NCBI RefSeq assembly: GCF_001194135.2
Contig: NC_068993.1
Span: 54,463,566 to 54,522,242 of the forward strand
Length of the DNA: 58,677 bases
Direction of reading: 5' to 3'
Source of the DNA: Octopus bimaculoides
Taxonomy: Eukaryota
The notes under the pieces are model-generated. The model saw only the letters and a program-made list of their open reading frames with translations. It ran no database searches and had not been told where the DNA came from. This document shows, piece after piece, positions 24,381 to 36,822 of the stretch (the first letter of the stretch is position 1; the number at the start of each line of letters is the position of its first letter). The translations under genes were made by a program, and so were the position numbers.

Positions 24381-24668
24381 AGCTTCGGGCCGACCAAAGC
24401 CTTGTGAGTGGATTTGGTAAACGGAAACTGAAAGAAGCCCGTCGTGTATATATGTATGTATGCATGTATGTATTTGTCCCTAACCCAACATTTGACAACT
24501 GATGTTAGTGTGTTTACGTCCCCGCAACGTAGCGGTTCGGCAAAGGCGATCGATAGAATAAGTACTAGGCTTACAAAGAATAACTCCTGGGGTCGATTTG
24601 TTAGACTAAAAGCGGTGCTCCAGTATAGCCGCAGTCAAATGACTGAAACAAATAAAAGAATAAAAGAA

Positions 24669-24669
<1 letters not shown>
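24381..24669 (+). mobile_element. SINE family C-B, 5'-truncated
   Basis: Starts mid-head at AGCTTCGGGCCGACC, has a (TATG)n spacer and body, and ends in an (AAAAGAAT)n tail. Confidence 0.85.
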
Positions 24670-24705
<36 letters not shown>

Positions 24706-24768
24706 GTGAGTGTGTGTGTGTGCGTGTGTGCGTACGTATGTTTGGTAAAGCGGGAGGCTTTTGTTGGA

Positions 24769-24838
24769 CACCCTGCAGAGCGGAAAACAAAACCTGTCAA
24801 AGGACGGATGAACTCAGTAGAATCAATGGCCATCCAAC
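24769..24838 (+). repeat. Unclassified interspersed repeat, second copy at ~2571-2640
   Basis: Both read ACACC(C/T)TGCAG..AAAA..CTGTCAAAGG(A/G)CGGA..A(A/G)CTCA..GGCCATCCAA. Confidence 0.6.
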
Positions 24839-25147
24839 AGCAGGGAGCGAGGGAGCCCTAGTCTTTGTTTGGACATCTTCGTAGGAGGAGCAAAACTCTG
24901 ACGTAACATGTGCAACCTTGTTTGCAATCCATTAATCCGGTGTATAATATTCCGGTAGTTCCGATTGTTCGGCACTCGGCACTTTTCTTCTGAAATGCCG
25001 TAACTGGCTATGCTACACAGCCGTTGTTAATATGCAAACTGAAAAGGTCTCTGACCAGGGCTTAAGTGTTTTGTATCTGGCTTTATCTACTTATATATTG
25101 TCCATCCATCCAGTAATCCATTAGTGAAAATGGCTTTCAATGTTAGC

Positions 25148-25665
25148 ATGAGCAACCGCGTTGGGAGAGGTGTGAAAAGCAAACATGTAACTCTAACATT
25201 GCTTCAGAAAATGGTGAAAACAGCGCTTGAAAGGAGGTGAGAATAGGAGCGTCATTGTGGTTGAATATAACATGGGTTCTTTAAATATTTATAACGTTAA
25301 CATACAAAAAGGGACCAGTTAATGTAATTTATGGCTGATGTAGGTAGATGTTGATTTGTGGCAAACATTAAAAAAGAAAATCGAAACTTTCAGAATTATC
25401 ATGGAGTGTTATTTAAGTAGTTTTGTGCAAAATGATCCGATGGTATGTCAATTTCAGGTTCAATGGTCATTGAAAAGGTCAAGCTGTTTCACGAAAATAT
25501 GGATATTGCGTGTTTTCAGCTGCATTGGTCTACAAACTTCAAAATGCAATTTAACAATCGTAAATTTAATTTATTAAACGAAAAGAAGCTGGCAGATATT
25601 AAGGCTACTGAAAAATATAGTCACATATTTGATGCCCTGATTAAGAGACTTGATTTAACTCGCTT
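25148..25665 (+). pseudogene. Tigger/pogo-type (Jerky/TIGD-like, CENP-B HTH) transposase fossil
   Basis: Fragments KHVTLTLLQK / GENRSVIVVEYNMGSLNIY / VLFK*FCAK*SDGMSISGSMVIEKVKLFHENM..EKKLADIKATEKY align by eye to the Jerky-family N-terminal HTH domains (compared from memory). Stops and frameshifts are present. ATCCGG-like subterminal repeats lie at ~24930-24975. Confidence 0.75.
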
Positions 25666-26519
25666 GAAGATTAACCCTTCACTTGTTCTGTGTATTATAT
25701 GTGATACACAGGACACTTCCTTGGCATACATGCGTCATATATCATATTCACTCCCAATTTTTTCTCAACCATCAGAATAACTTGAGACTTATGAAACAAT
25801 GGCTAACTAAAAGTCTGAAAACAAGTATTGACGTCTGAAAACAAGCATGGGACAAACTTATGGTACTGCTTTAGACACGGAAAGGTTTAAAGAAGTTAAT
25901 GTAATTTGAGGGAGATTAAGCTGCTGTTTCAGACCTTTTGTCTGTCCTGTATATCACGTGCCATACACAGTACATATTTCCCTGGCGCCTATGCAGCGTT
26001 TATAATACACGTTCCAAGTTTTTTTCAGCCACCCGTGTAACTTGGGGCTTATGAAAGGAAAGCTTTATATTACGCAGAACATATGAAACAAGGACAAACT
26101 CCAGTTCGAAAACAAGCAAGGACGTTCAAGACAAACTTATGAAAATGCTTTGTGAATAATGTGGATGAAGAAGAGTTTCTCTACAAGTGCTTATCACATG
26201 GAAATTGACAAGTAAAAGTGAGACAATCTCTGATGGTTTTAAACTTAATAGAAGACAGTTGTGTATGTGAATATTTATAGACCTTATCTACGTTGAAGCT
26301 ATATTTGTTGTTGGGAAATAACAGAAGTGAAATTGAAATTGAAATATTTGTAATACTATACAGGCGGTACTTAATTAAATTTTAATTAAGCAATTATTTA
26401 TTTAAGTTACGAATATATAATTTAATCCGTAGAATGAAAATAATATTTCTGTACTACGTCTAGGGGTCTTATTTTAATTAAAATAATTTTAAATAACACT
26501 AATTATATATTTTTTCACG

Positions 26520-26881
26520 TACTTGTTTCAGTCATTTGACTACGGCCATGCTGGAGCACCGCCTTTACTCGAACAAATCGACCGCAGAACTTATTCTTTG
26601 TAAGTCTAATAGTTATTCTGTCGGTCTCTTTTGCCGAATCGTTAAGTTACAGGGATGGAAACACACCAACACTGGTTGTCAAACGGCGATGGTGGGACAA
26701 ACACAGACACACACACATGTATATATATATGACAGGCTTCTTTCAGTTTCCGCCTACCAAATCCACTCACAAGGATTTGGTAGGCGGATGTAGAAGAACA
26801 CACCTGCCCAACGTGCCATGCAGTGAGACTGAACGCGGACCTATGTGCTTGGGAAGCAAGCTTCTTACCACACAGCCACGC

Positions 26882-26884
<3 letters not shown>
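26520..26884 (-). mobile_element. SINE family C-B, complete (tRNA-like head, internal microsatellite, 3' body)
   Basis: On minus: GGCGTGGCTGTGTGGTAAGAAG head, GTGAGTGGATTTGGTAG, a short (TA)/(TG) spacer, the TTTGACAACC..CCAGCATGGCC body and the GACTGAAACAAGTA end. Confidence 0.85.
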
Positions 26885-26916
<32 letters not shown>

Positions 26917-27579
26917 GTGTGCACGTATGTACATTTATACATTATGTATGTACTTATATATATATATGTATGTATGTGTGTCTAATACGTGTGTGTATAT
27001 ACAAGTACATATGTATGTATTATGTATACACACACATATACTTGACAGTTTTTTGACATTTTACTTGTTTTTTCATTTGCATTTTTATATTCTCAAGATT
27101 TCTTTCTCACATTTTGATTCATATGTACGTCTTTCCCCCTTTCAATGGCCGCCCACGCATATCATCTTTGTCATGAAACACAATGTTTCATTCACGGGGA
27201 ACCAGTTACCCGAACAACGACATACATCAACTAAATACTGTCCAATCTATTTGAAAATCAACTTATTTCACTGTGACAATTATTCCGAATGATTTTTAGA
27301 CTTCTCTGCCGCGTGGCGGACAATCAAATGGTAATTTGAAAAGAAAACTTTTCATCACGATGCTACCAAAACGCCTCGAGCTAAGCTCACCCAGACAAAA
27401 GACAGCAAAAATGTTGGAGAGCATAAAGAATACGTCAAGTTAGCCAACCGACAAGATATATANNNNNNNNNNNNNNNNNNNNNNNNNNNNNNNNNNNNNN
27501 NNNNNNNNNNNNNNNNNNNNNNNNNNNNNNNNNNNNNNNNNNNNNNNNNNNNNNNNNNNNNNNNNNNNNNNNNNNNNNN

Positions 27580-27776
27580 TATATATATATATATATATAT
27601 ATATATGCATGTGTGTGTGTGTGTGTGTGTGTGCTCACACACACAATACATACGTATATATATGTATATATATAGACATATATGTATGTATATATATATA
27701 TATTTATATATATGTATATATATATGCATATATAATGCATACACACACACACATGTATACATACATGTATTTACAC

Positions 27777-27829
<53 letters not shown>

Positions 27830-27945
27830 CAAACACAGCCATATATATATATAAATATATATATAAACAAATATATGTATATACATGCATACATACATGG
27901 ACACACACACTCACACACAACCCACACATACAAACACACACACAC

Positions 27946-27987
<42 letters not shown>

Positions 27988-28141
27988 GCTATATATATAT
28001 CTGTTCATTTATACGTATATATATATATATATATATNNNNNNNNNNNNNNNNNNNNNNNNNNNNNNNNNNNNNNNNNNNNNNNNNNNNNNNNNNNNNNNN
28101 NNNNNNNNNNNNNNNNNNNNNNNNNNNNNNNNNNNNNNNNN

Positions 28142-28210
<69 letters not shown>
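27580..28210. repeat. Compound (TA)/(CA)/(GA) microsatellite block with gaps
   Basis: Direct reading. Confidence 0.95.
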
Positions 28211-28211
<1 letters not shown>

Positions 28212-28910
28212 TTTTTTCTACATACGACACGTATATGTAGTGTGCTTTTGTGGTAGCACTATGAACAGGGGTATTAATTACAGCAACAATAACATAAATT
28301 ATGTTAATTATTTTTAGAATGTAACAGCAACAACAACAAGAAGAACAACAACGAAGTCACCCTATTACCATTACAACCTCGGCCACCACCAAAAACATTA
28401 ACACCAATGTAAAGGAATTAGAAGAGATAGAAGCGAATCATCGTTCTTGTCATCACCATCACCATCACCATCACCATCACCATCACCATCAATAATAATA
28501 GATAGTAGGTTAGTTAACGAGACAACTACCACCACTGTCCTACTCTTTCTTTTCCTCCTCCTCCTCGTCATTTTCATCTTCATCATCATCATCGTCGTCA
28601 TCATCATCTGTAGCTACTATAAACAATAACAAGTAGTCAGTCAGGCACTACCATCAACACCATCTCCTTCATCAGTCGCATCATCATCCTCATCATCACG
28701 CTCTCACCCCTGCGCCATCACTTTCATCTGCATTAAACACACCGCCGCCGCCACCACCAGCACCAGCATCAGCACCCCCACCACCATAACTATTCTCCGC
28801 GCACCACCGTCTCCACCTCCCCACTACCAAGAGATGTAGAAAAGATTAAAACCAACCAAAGAAACAGTCTCTGTCTCTCGTAATTTATAATGAATTAATC
28901 TATTAAGACT

Positions 28911-28960
<50 letters not shown>

Positions 28961-29454
28961 ACCCATATATATACAGAATGATTCGGGCTTAACTAAATTA
29001 CTATAATTTGAATATAGAATATAGATACCCATAGCAGGATCTCCAGGATCCCAAACATATTCCGTTAAAACAAATATAAGTACTTTGATGAAGATTGGGT
29101 CTGGATTATGCCGGGATTCCTAGGGTATCTGTCCCTTAGTGTGGTCTTCTGTACAATAGCCTAAGGTTACCAAAGACAAGGGACTATGAAGCTGCATACT
29201 GAAATCCCTAGGATATTTGACCAGAACCTAATTGAAGGTACCAGAGTTTGATGTTGTTATTGTTATTGTGCCTGTTGTTGTTGCGGTTTTTGCTGTATAA
29301 ATAATCCACTCCGATCCTGGTTAGCCCTGATCGAGTAGAGCAATGATCAAAAACGTTTCAACCATGGCCATCTCGGCCTTTTCCTATGTACAAATAACAC
29401 AAATCCATATTGGCTAACATGTAGTTGTTTTTTTCTTTTTTAAATAAGACAATT

Positions 29455-29520
29455 GGGTGAGATTTGAGGGAGATTTTGCTGCTATTTCTAGACAGTCGAA
29501 CGAGTTCGTAGAAGCCTCCT
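29455..29520 (+). repeat. Short interspersed repeat fragment (family D); related pieces near 1345, 9045, 25905 and 49635
   Basis: Shared GATTTG(A)GGGAGATT(T)GG(C/T)TGCTATTTCTAG-like motif in both orientations. Confidence 0.6.
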
Positions 29521-29876
29521 CTTTGGTTCGATAACCTTGGGTACGAGCTTAGCATACCACCAGATTCTGTGGCACCAGCGTCTGAGATATTAGAGTCTAT
29601 GGTACCAGATCAAGTTTTCCATTCTGTTTAATAATTCGACGGAGTTTAGTTTTGCTTCCTTTGCGAAGATTTTTATCTTTCATGGAGTTTTACTCGCTCG
29701 AAAATACTATAAGTGTTCAAGCACGCACATAAACACACATTTATGTGTGTGTGTGTGAATGCATATGTGTACAAGCATATACATAAATACACATTTCTGT
29801 GTGTGAATGCATGTGTATGGGTGTGTATGAGGACGACTTATGTGAGGGTGTGTTGTGTATATTCCCATCAGACAGT

Positions 29877-29956
<80 letters not shown>

Positions 29957-30574
29957 TGTGAGTGTATGGTGTTGCTGGTGGTTGTAGTAGGGGTGGTGAT
30001 CTAGTGGTAGTGGGGTTGTTGTGGTGATGGTGGTGGCGGAAGATGGAATTGCGTGCTTTCTTTTTATAATGGTCTTTACGATACGCCATTTTAAGATGAA
30101 ATGTTTTGGACTTACATTTGTGTGTGTGTGTGTGAGTATGCGCTAATGTAAAAAATAGACACATACATTCACAATAACACATACATATGTATGTGCATAC
30201 ATATATACATACACATATATATATATATACACTTACATTTAAGTATAAATGTGGTAAATGCGTACTTGTGCAATAAATGTTTACATTACATACATACAAA
30301 CATACATACATTACATATACTCGTCACATACACACACAAGCTCATGCACACGCACACTAACACATAAACACATACAACACACAAACACATACAACATACA
30401 CACATACATTAGGTACATACGTAAATACCGAGAGAAAATTTTTGGAAAATGGCTTTATTTCATTTCCGCCATCTTGACCCTGTTTCTACGTCATATCATT
30501 GTAATATTAAGTATCAGGTGATAGAGGACGGTGAACAGCGAGGAAATAGTAGAGAATGTCTTAATGGTATGTAG

Positions 30575-30625
30575 CGTTGTGTGTGCGTGTGAGAATGTGT
30601 GTGTGTGTGTGTGTGTGTGTGTGGT

Positions 30626-30677
<52 letters not shown>

Positions 30678-30940
30678 TGCATGTGTTCGTGTCCGTGCGA
30701 GAATGTGCGTGTCTGTGAGAATGTATATGTGTATGTGTGCGTGTGTGTGTGCATGTGAGAATGTATATTTGTGTGCGTATGAGAAATGTGCGTGTGCACG
30801 TGTGAGAATGTGTGTGTGTGGGTATGTGAATGCATGTGTGTGTGTGTATCCGCGTGAGAATGTATATGTGTGTGTGCATGTGAGAAATGTGTGTACACGT
30901 ATGTGAATGTGTGGGTGTGCATGTGTGTGTCCGTGTGAGA

Positions 30941-30980
<40 letters not shown>
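30575..30980 (+). repeat. Cryptic (GT)n-derived minisatellite with recurring GTGAGAATGT motif
   Basis: The motif recurs about nine times within TG-rich sequence. Confidence 0.75.
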
Positions 30981-30983
<3 letters not shown>

Positions 30984-31285
30984 ATAAACATATTCGAGTG
31001 GGTGGATGAAAGAAAACAACACTTGTCACTGACTGACCAGTGTCCATACAAAGTTGGTCACGTGATTTCCCAAGAGTTCCACCCCCCCTACTACCATGTA
31101 TTATCTCTGTTAGCTTTTACCAAACAGTTAATGCAGTGAGCTGACGTGTCAGAAGATGAACGGAAACGCACATTTCTTCCTTTCTTACGATACATCCTCC
31201 TTCATCGTTTCATCTACTCCAGTCTTCGTCTGATTCTCGGCTCAATTTGCGTCTAGCTCTATTCAGTATCATTTGATCCAACCAA

Positions 31286-31371
31286 GGCGGTGAGCTGGCA
31301 GAATCGTCAGCACCCCCGGACAAAATGCTTTGCGGTATTTCGTCCGTCTTTTCGTTCTGAGTTCAAATTTC
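31286..31371 (+). mobile_element. SINE family A 5' part
   Basis: GGCGGTGAGCTGGCAGAATCG..GTTCTGAGTTCAAATT. Confidence 0.75.
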
Positions 31372-32106
31372 CCCTCTCCCCACGGCGGCAATCGGTATTG
31401 ATTTGTTTACANNNNNNNNNNNNNNNNNNNNNNNNNNNNNNNNNNNNNNNNNNNNNNNNNNNNNNNNNNNNNNNNNNNNNNNNNNNNNNNNNNNNNNNNN
31501 NNNNNNNNNNNNNNNNNNNNNNNNNNNNNNNNNNNNNNNNNNNNNNNNNNNNNNNNNNNNNNNNNCGATTTGATCGACAAAACTCTTCAAAGCGATGTCT
31601 CAGTATGAGACTGCAGTCACATGACTAAATGAAATGAGTAAAAAAAAAAAAAAATATGAATATAGGCCTGATATATATTTGGATTATATTATCAGATTTA
31701 ATTACAATTCCAGCTTCTGAAATATTATTCCAGTTTCTAAAAGTCAATCGCATGGGTTTTATGTCTCTCAGAATGTAAGTCTTAACACGAAGAAAGGCGA
31801 GGGTGTATGCAGAATGTCTCTATGAGATTAGGGACCTTTTTTAGCATTCGCTTTCATAGCGCAGTAAGCAAGCATCACATTTACAGAGGTCTAATGGGCT
31901 GTTGCTGATGTGTAGTTTAATAAAAACTTGCAAACGTGCATCGACACACCCGTATACACACACATAACATCGTCTGCGAACACACATATATCCCACACTG
32001 GTACGAACACATTGGAATTACGTGCAGAGCACATACAAACACATTCACATCAACTGAAATTCCTACACATATAGAAATACAGATACACTGAGACTTCGCA
32101 CCCTCT

Positions 32107-32182
<76 letters not shown>

Positions 32183-33277
32183 CCTTATGCACAGTCAACC
32201 TGCTTTCTAGATAATTTAGCAAACTATACATAACATGTAACCCACCAAATAACCAGTCTACATGCCCTATAATACCCCTCTGATCTCCGTTATTAGGCAC
32301 CAAACAACTAATACAGATAAAGCGGAAATATTAGTAAAGAGACGCCGTCGGAAGTCGTCTGTCCTCTTTTGCGGTCTGCTGACTTATCTGTCGTATTTAA
32401 TTGGTTAATCATCCTGCCCTTGAATTGTTCTTTATTTCTTTCTCAAGGATGCCATCTTGGTCTTGTTAAAAACTATTATATTACCCTTGTACATCTAAAC
32501 TAATTCCCAACTAATGTATCTATACACATGCATATACTCACAATTATGTTATACACTCGCACATATATACATACATATGTATGTATGTATGTATGTATGC
32601 GCGTGTATGTATGAATATATATATAAATATATATACATATACATATATACTTATATACATATATATATATATATATNNNNNNNNNNNNNNNNNNNNNNNN
32701 NNNNNNNNNNNNNNNNNNNNNNNNNNNNNNNNNNNNNNNNNNNNNNNNNNNNNNNNNNNNNNNNNNNNNNNNNNNNNNNNNNNNNNNNNNNNNNNNNNNN
32801 NNNNNNNNNNNNNNNNNNNNNNNNNNNNNNNNNNNNNNNNNNNNNNNNNNNNNNNNNNNNNNNNNNNNNNNNNNNNNNNNNNNNNNNNNNNNNNNNNNNN
32901 NNNNNNNNNNNNNNNNNNNNNNNNNNNNNNNNNNNNNNNNNNNNNNNNNNNNNNNNNNNNNNNNNNNNNNNNNNNNNNNNNNNNNNNNNNNNNNNNNNNN
33001 NNNNNNNNNNNNNNNNNNNNNNNNNNNNNNNNNNNNNNNNNNNNNNNNNNNNNNNNNNNNNNNNNNNNNNNNNNNNNNNNNNNNNNNNNNNNNNNNNNNN
33101 NNNNNNNNNNNNNNNNNNNNNNNNNNNNNNNNNNNNNNNNNNNNNNNNNNNNNNNNNNNNNNNNNNNNNNNNNNNNNNNNNNNNNNNNNNNNNNNNNNNN
33201 NNNNNNNNNNNNNNNNNNNNNNNNNNNNNNNNNNNNNNNNNNNNNNNNNNNNNNNNNNNNNNNNNNNNNNNNNNNNN

Positions 33278-33313
<36 letters not shown>

Positions 33314-33336
33314 ACAAGTAGGGGAACTACTCCGGA

Positions 33337-33365
33337 TACGTTTCGGTTTTATTAAACCTTTTCAG
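33337..33365 (-). ncRNA. Minimal hammerhead ribozyme-like motif, degenerate
   Basis: CTGAAAA-GGTTT AATA AAACC-GAAA-CG-TA. One core change, and stem I is not formed. Confidence 0.45.
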
Positions 33366-33440
33366 CAAAGTATGATTTAACTCGGCGATCATTCGATAGT
33401 AGTACGCTGGTTGGGGACAGGCTTAATATATGGTAGATAA

Positions 33441-33834
33441 GGTAGCGAGCTGGCAGAATTGTTAGCAAGCACGGTAAAATGCTCAGCAGCATTTCGTCCG
33501 CCTTTACGTTCTGAGTTCAAATTTCGCCGCGGTCGACTTTGCCCGTCATCCTTCGGGGTCGATAAAATAAGTACGAGTTAGCACTGGGGTCGATGTGATC
33601 GACTTACCCCCATCTCTCGAAATCTGTGACCTTGTGGTGTGAAATTTGAAACCAATACTTCAGAGAAAGCGACGAGCTGGCAGAATCGTTAGCACACCGG
33701 GCAAACTGCTTAGCGGCACTTGTCTTTTATCTTTCGGGCTTCGTTATAAATAAGTATCAGTTGAGCACTGGGTCGATGTAAGCTATTTACTCCCCAAATT
33801 TGCTATCGTTGTGTCAAAATTTGAAACCAATATT
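33441..33834 (+). mobile_element. Two tandem SINE family A monomers
   Basis: Monomers at 33441-33658 and ~33668-33834. Both end in AAATTTGAAACCAATA, and the second has an internal deletion. Confidence 0.85.
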
Positions 33835-34789
33835 CGAGTGAGAGATATATAAATATTTCAGTGAAGAAAGGCATCGTCTGTTACTTCCATTTTGTTCAGG
33901 TAAATTAGATAACATTTGACCCTGATTATTGCAGGAAGTGACGTGGGGAAGGAGGAGGAGGAGGAGACAGAAATGGCATTCTGTATCTTTTATTAGTGAC
34001 ATTCGTTGTCTCTAGTAAATACTTCCGGTTGACACCTTTTTCTTCTGCCTGCTGTTGCAAATACCGGTGTCAGTGTGAATTCACTTCCTACAACCAGCAG
34101 CAGAGAGATATAACATAGCGGCGGCGGTGGTGGTGGTGGTAGTGATAGTGGTGGTGGTGATGGTGGTAGTATGGTGGTAGTGGTGATAATAATGGTAATA
34201 GTGATGGTGGTAGTGGTGGTGATGGTGTGGTGGTGGTGGTAGTGGTGTTGGTGGTGCTAATGATGTGTTACTGATTAAGGTAGAGACAGTGGTACTGGCG
34301 ACGGTGGTGGTGATGGTGGTCGTTGTTGCGGCGGTGGTAGTGGTTCTGGTCTTGCGTTCTCCTGTTATTGGTTTCCNNNNNNNNNNNNNNNNNNNNNNNN
34401 NNNNNNNNNNNNNNNNNNNNNNNNNNNNNNNNNNNNNNNNNNNNNNNNNNNNNNNNNNNNNNNNNNNNNNNNNNNNNNNNNNNNNNNNNNNNNNNNNNNN
34501 NNNNNNNNNNNNNNNNNNNNNNNNNNNNNNNNNNNNNNNNNNNNNNNNNNNNNNNNNNNNNNNNNNNNNNNNNNNNNNNNNNNNNNNNNNNNNNNNNNNN
34601 NNNNNNNNNNNNNNNNNNNNNNNNNNNNNNNNNNNNNNNNNNNNNNNNNNNNNNNNNNNNNNNNNNNNNNNNNNNNNNNNNNNNNNNNNNNNNNNNNNNN
34701 NNNNNNNNNNNNNNNNNNNNNNNNNNNNNNNNNNNNNNNNNNNNNNNNNNNNNNNCCTTTATTTATTTATTTATTTATTTATTTAATCT

Positions 34790-35007
34790 TTTACTTCTTT
34801 CGGTCATTGCACTGACAGCGGCCATACTGGGGCACCACCTTGACAGGTTTAGTCAAATAAATCGAACAAATCGACTCCAGCGCTTGTTTTTAAAGTTTGG
34901 TACTTATTCTATGTCGGTCTATTTTGTCGAACCGCTAAGTTACGGTGACGTAAACAAACCGACATCGGTCGTCAATTGGTGGTGGGAAGATAAATACAAA
35001 TTCAAAG

Positions 35008-35040
<33 letters not shown>

Positions 35041-35223
35041 TATTAACATATATAATCTATAACAGCAGGCTTCCACGTAGTTTCCGTCTACCAAATTAAC
35101 TCACAAGGCATTGGTCGGCCCCGGGGTTGTAGTAGAAGACACTTAGCCATGGTGCCACGGAGTGAGACTGAACGCAAAACCGCATTGCTGCCAAGCGACC
35201 TTCTTAACCAGACAGCCTGCGCC
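34790..35223 (-). mobile_element. SINE family C-B, complete, diverged
   Basis: Same three modules as at 26520, with a (CA)n spacer and a (TTTA)n flank at the 3' end. Confidence 0.8.
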
Positions 35224-35613
35224 TATGTATTTATGATTATCGGATATTACATCTTTTATCATTTATTTGTTTCAGCCTCTGGATTGCGGCCATGATGGAA
35301 CACCACCTCGAAGGTTTAACGCAATTAGACGATTGTTTATCATAGTATATTGTGACTTTGTTGACAAGGGGTAACTCTCCATTTTGGGGAGAGCGTATTT
35401 GGTATTAAGAAGACCATCGCATTTCACACTTAATGACCCCGATTGTTTTAATGAGTTCCTCCAAGACGTAACTATTTCTTCTTCCTCTTTTTCTTTTCGT
35501 ATTTTAAAGGAAACTAACTCTTGACGAGTGTATTTCTGAAACCATGAATAATAATAAACATAATAATAACACAATAAAGATTTATTTCATTGACACAAAG
35601 GTGATAAACGGCC

Positions 35614-35653
<40 letters not shown>

Positions 35654-35852
35654 GTAATAATAATAATTAAAAGAGGCTACATGAATGAATAGGCAAGCGA
35701 TACAGACCCCGCCACCATCTACCTCCTTTGCGACGTTCTAATTATTTCCAACGTCACTATGATTTATAACCCTAGTCCAACTTTGTCTCGCAATCTGACG
35801 GCACACTCATCTTCTTCTTCAACAACAAGAACAAGAACAACAAAAACAACAA

Positions 35853-35902
<50 letters not shown>

Positions 35903-36189
35903 GCGGCGGCGGCGGCGGCGGCAACGACGACGATTTCACCAAGTGTGGTTTCAATACAGAAATCTCTGAATAATTAATTAAGCTTCGAATAATTAAACGC
36001 TGAAATTTATTTCTTTCTACGTAGACATCATATGCAGAAAAAAAAAAAAAAAAAAAANNNNNNNNNNNNNNNNNNNNNNNNNNNNNNAAATTTATTTCTT
36101 TCTACGTAGACATCATATGCAGAAAAAAAAAAAAAAAAACAGAAACAAATTGCAAACTACAAATGTTCAAATGATATTTTGTTGCTGTT

Positions 36190-36201
36190 GCTTATTATTA
36201 A

Positions 36202-36272
<71 letters not shown>

Positions 36273-36345
36273 GTTGTTATTATTATTATTACTATAGTTG
36301 TTGCTGTTGTCGATATTGTTGCTATAGTTGTCCTTTTATCGTTGC

Positions 36346-36403
<58 letters not shown>

Positions 36404-36525
36404 TGTTGTTGTTATTGTCGCTATGTTATTGCTATTTTTGAAGTTGGAGCAAGACATTACGACAATGATGTTGTTGTTATTGCCGTTGTTGTTGTTGTTG
36501 TTGTTATCGCTGTTGTTGTTGTTGT
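36190..36525 (+). repeat. Compound (TAT)n/(GTT)n microsatellite
   Basis: Direct reading; explains the poly-I/Y/L ORFs. Confidence 0.95.
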
Positions 36526-36822
36526 AACGATATGTTTGTCACGATTGTGAGTCGCACAAAATAAATCGATGTGTTTCGGTGCGTGAAAACACAAAAGGTG
36601 GTAAGGTTATCATCATAAATCTTCTAAGACAGACGGCCACACACACACACACACAGACACACACACACACACACGCACTCGCACCGTCTCTGTCACTCCT
36701 ATTCACGTAGACGCCACACCTAAGCTAACAATGATGGATGTATCTTCAAAGTAAGTATACTGCACCAAAGTCTCAGATACCCACGGGACATGTACAAAGC
36801 TGGTCGCATTTTAAAGATTTAG

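Noticed and set aside
24769-24885. HDV-like ribozyme suggested by CCCTCGC on minus
   Set aside because: The P1/P2/P3 nested order could not be satisfied; only a simple CCCTGC/GCAGGG stem forms.
27355-28256. HT/YI/CV/RE-rich ORFs here and throughout the window
   Set aside because: Translations of dinucleotide and trinucleotide microsatellites, with no splice or composition support.
29086-29202. C/D box snoRNA
   Set aside because: The C box lacks the leading purine and there is no terminal stem.
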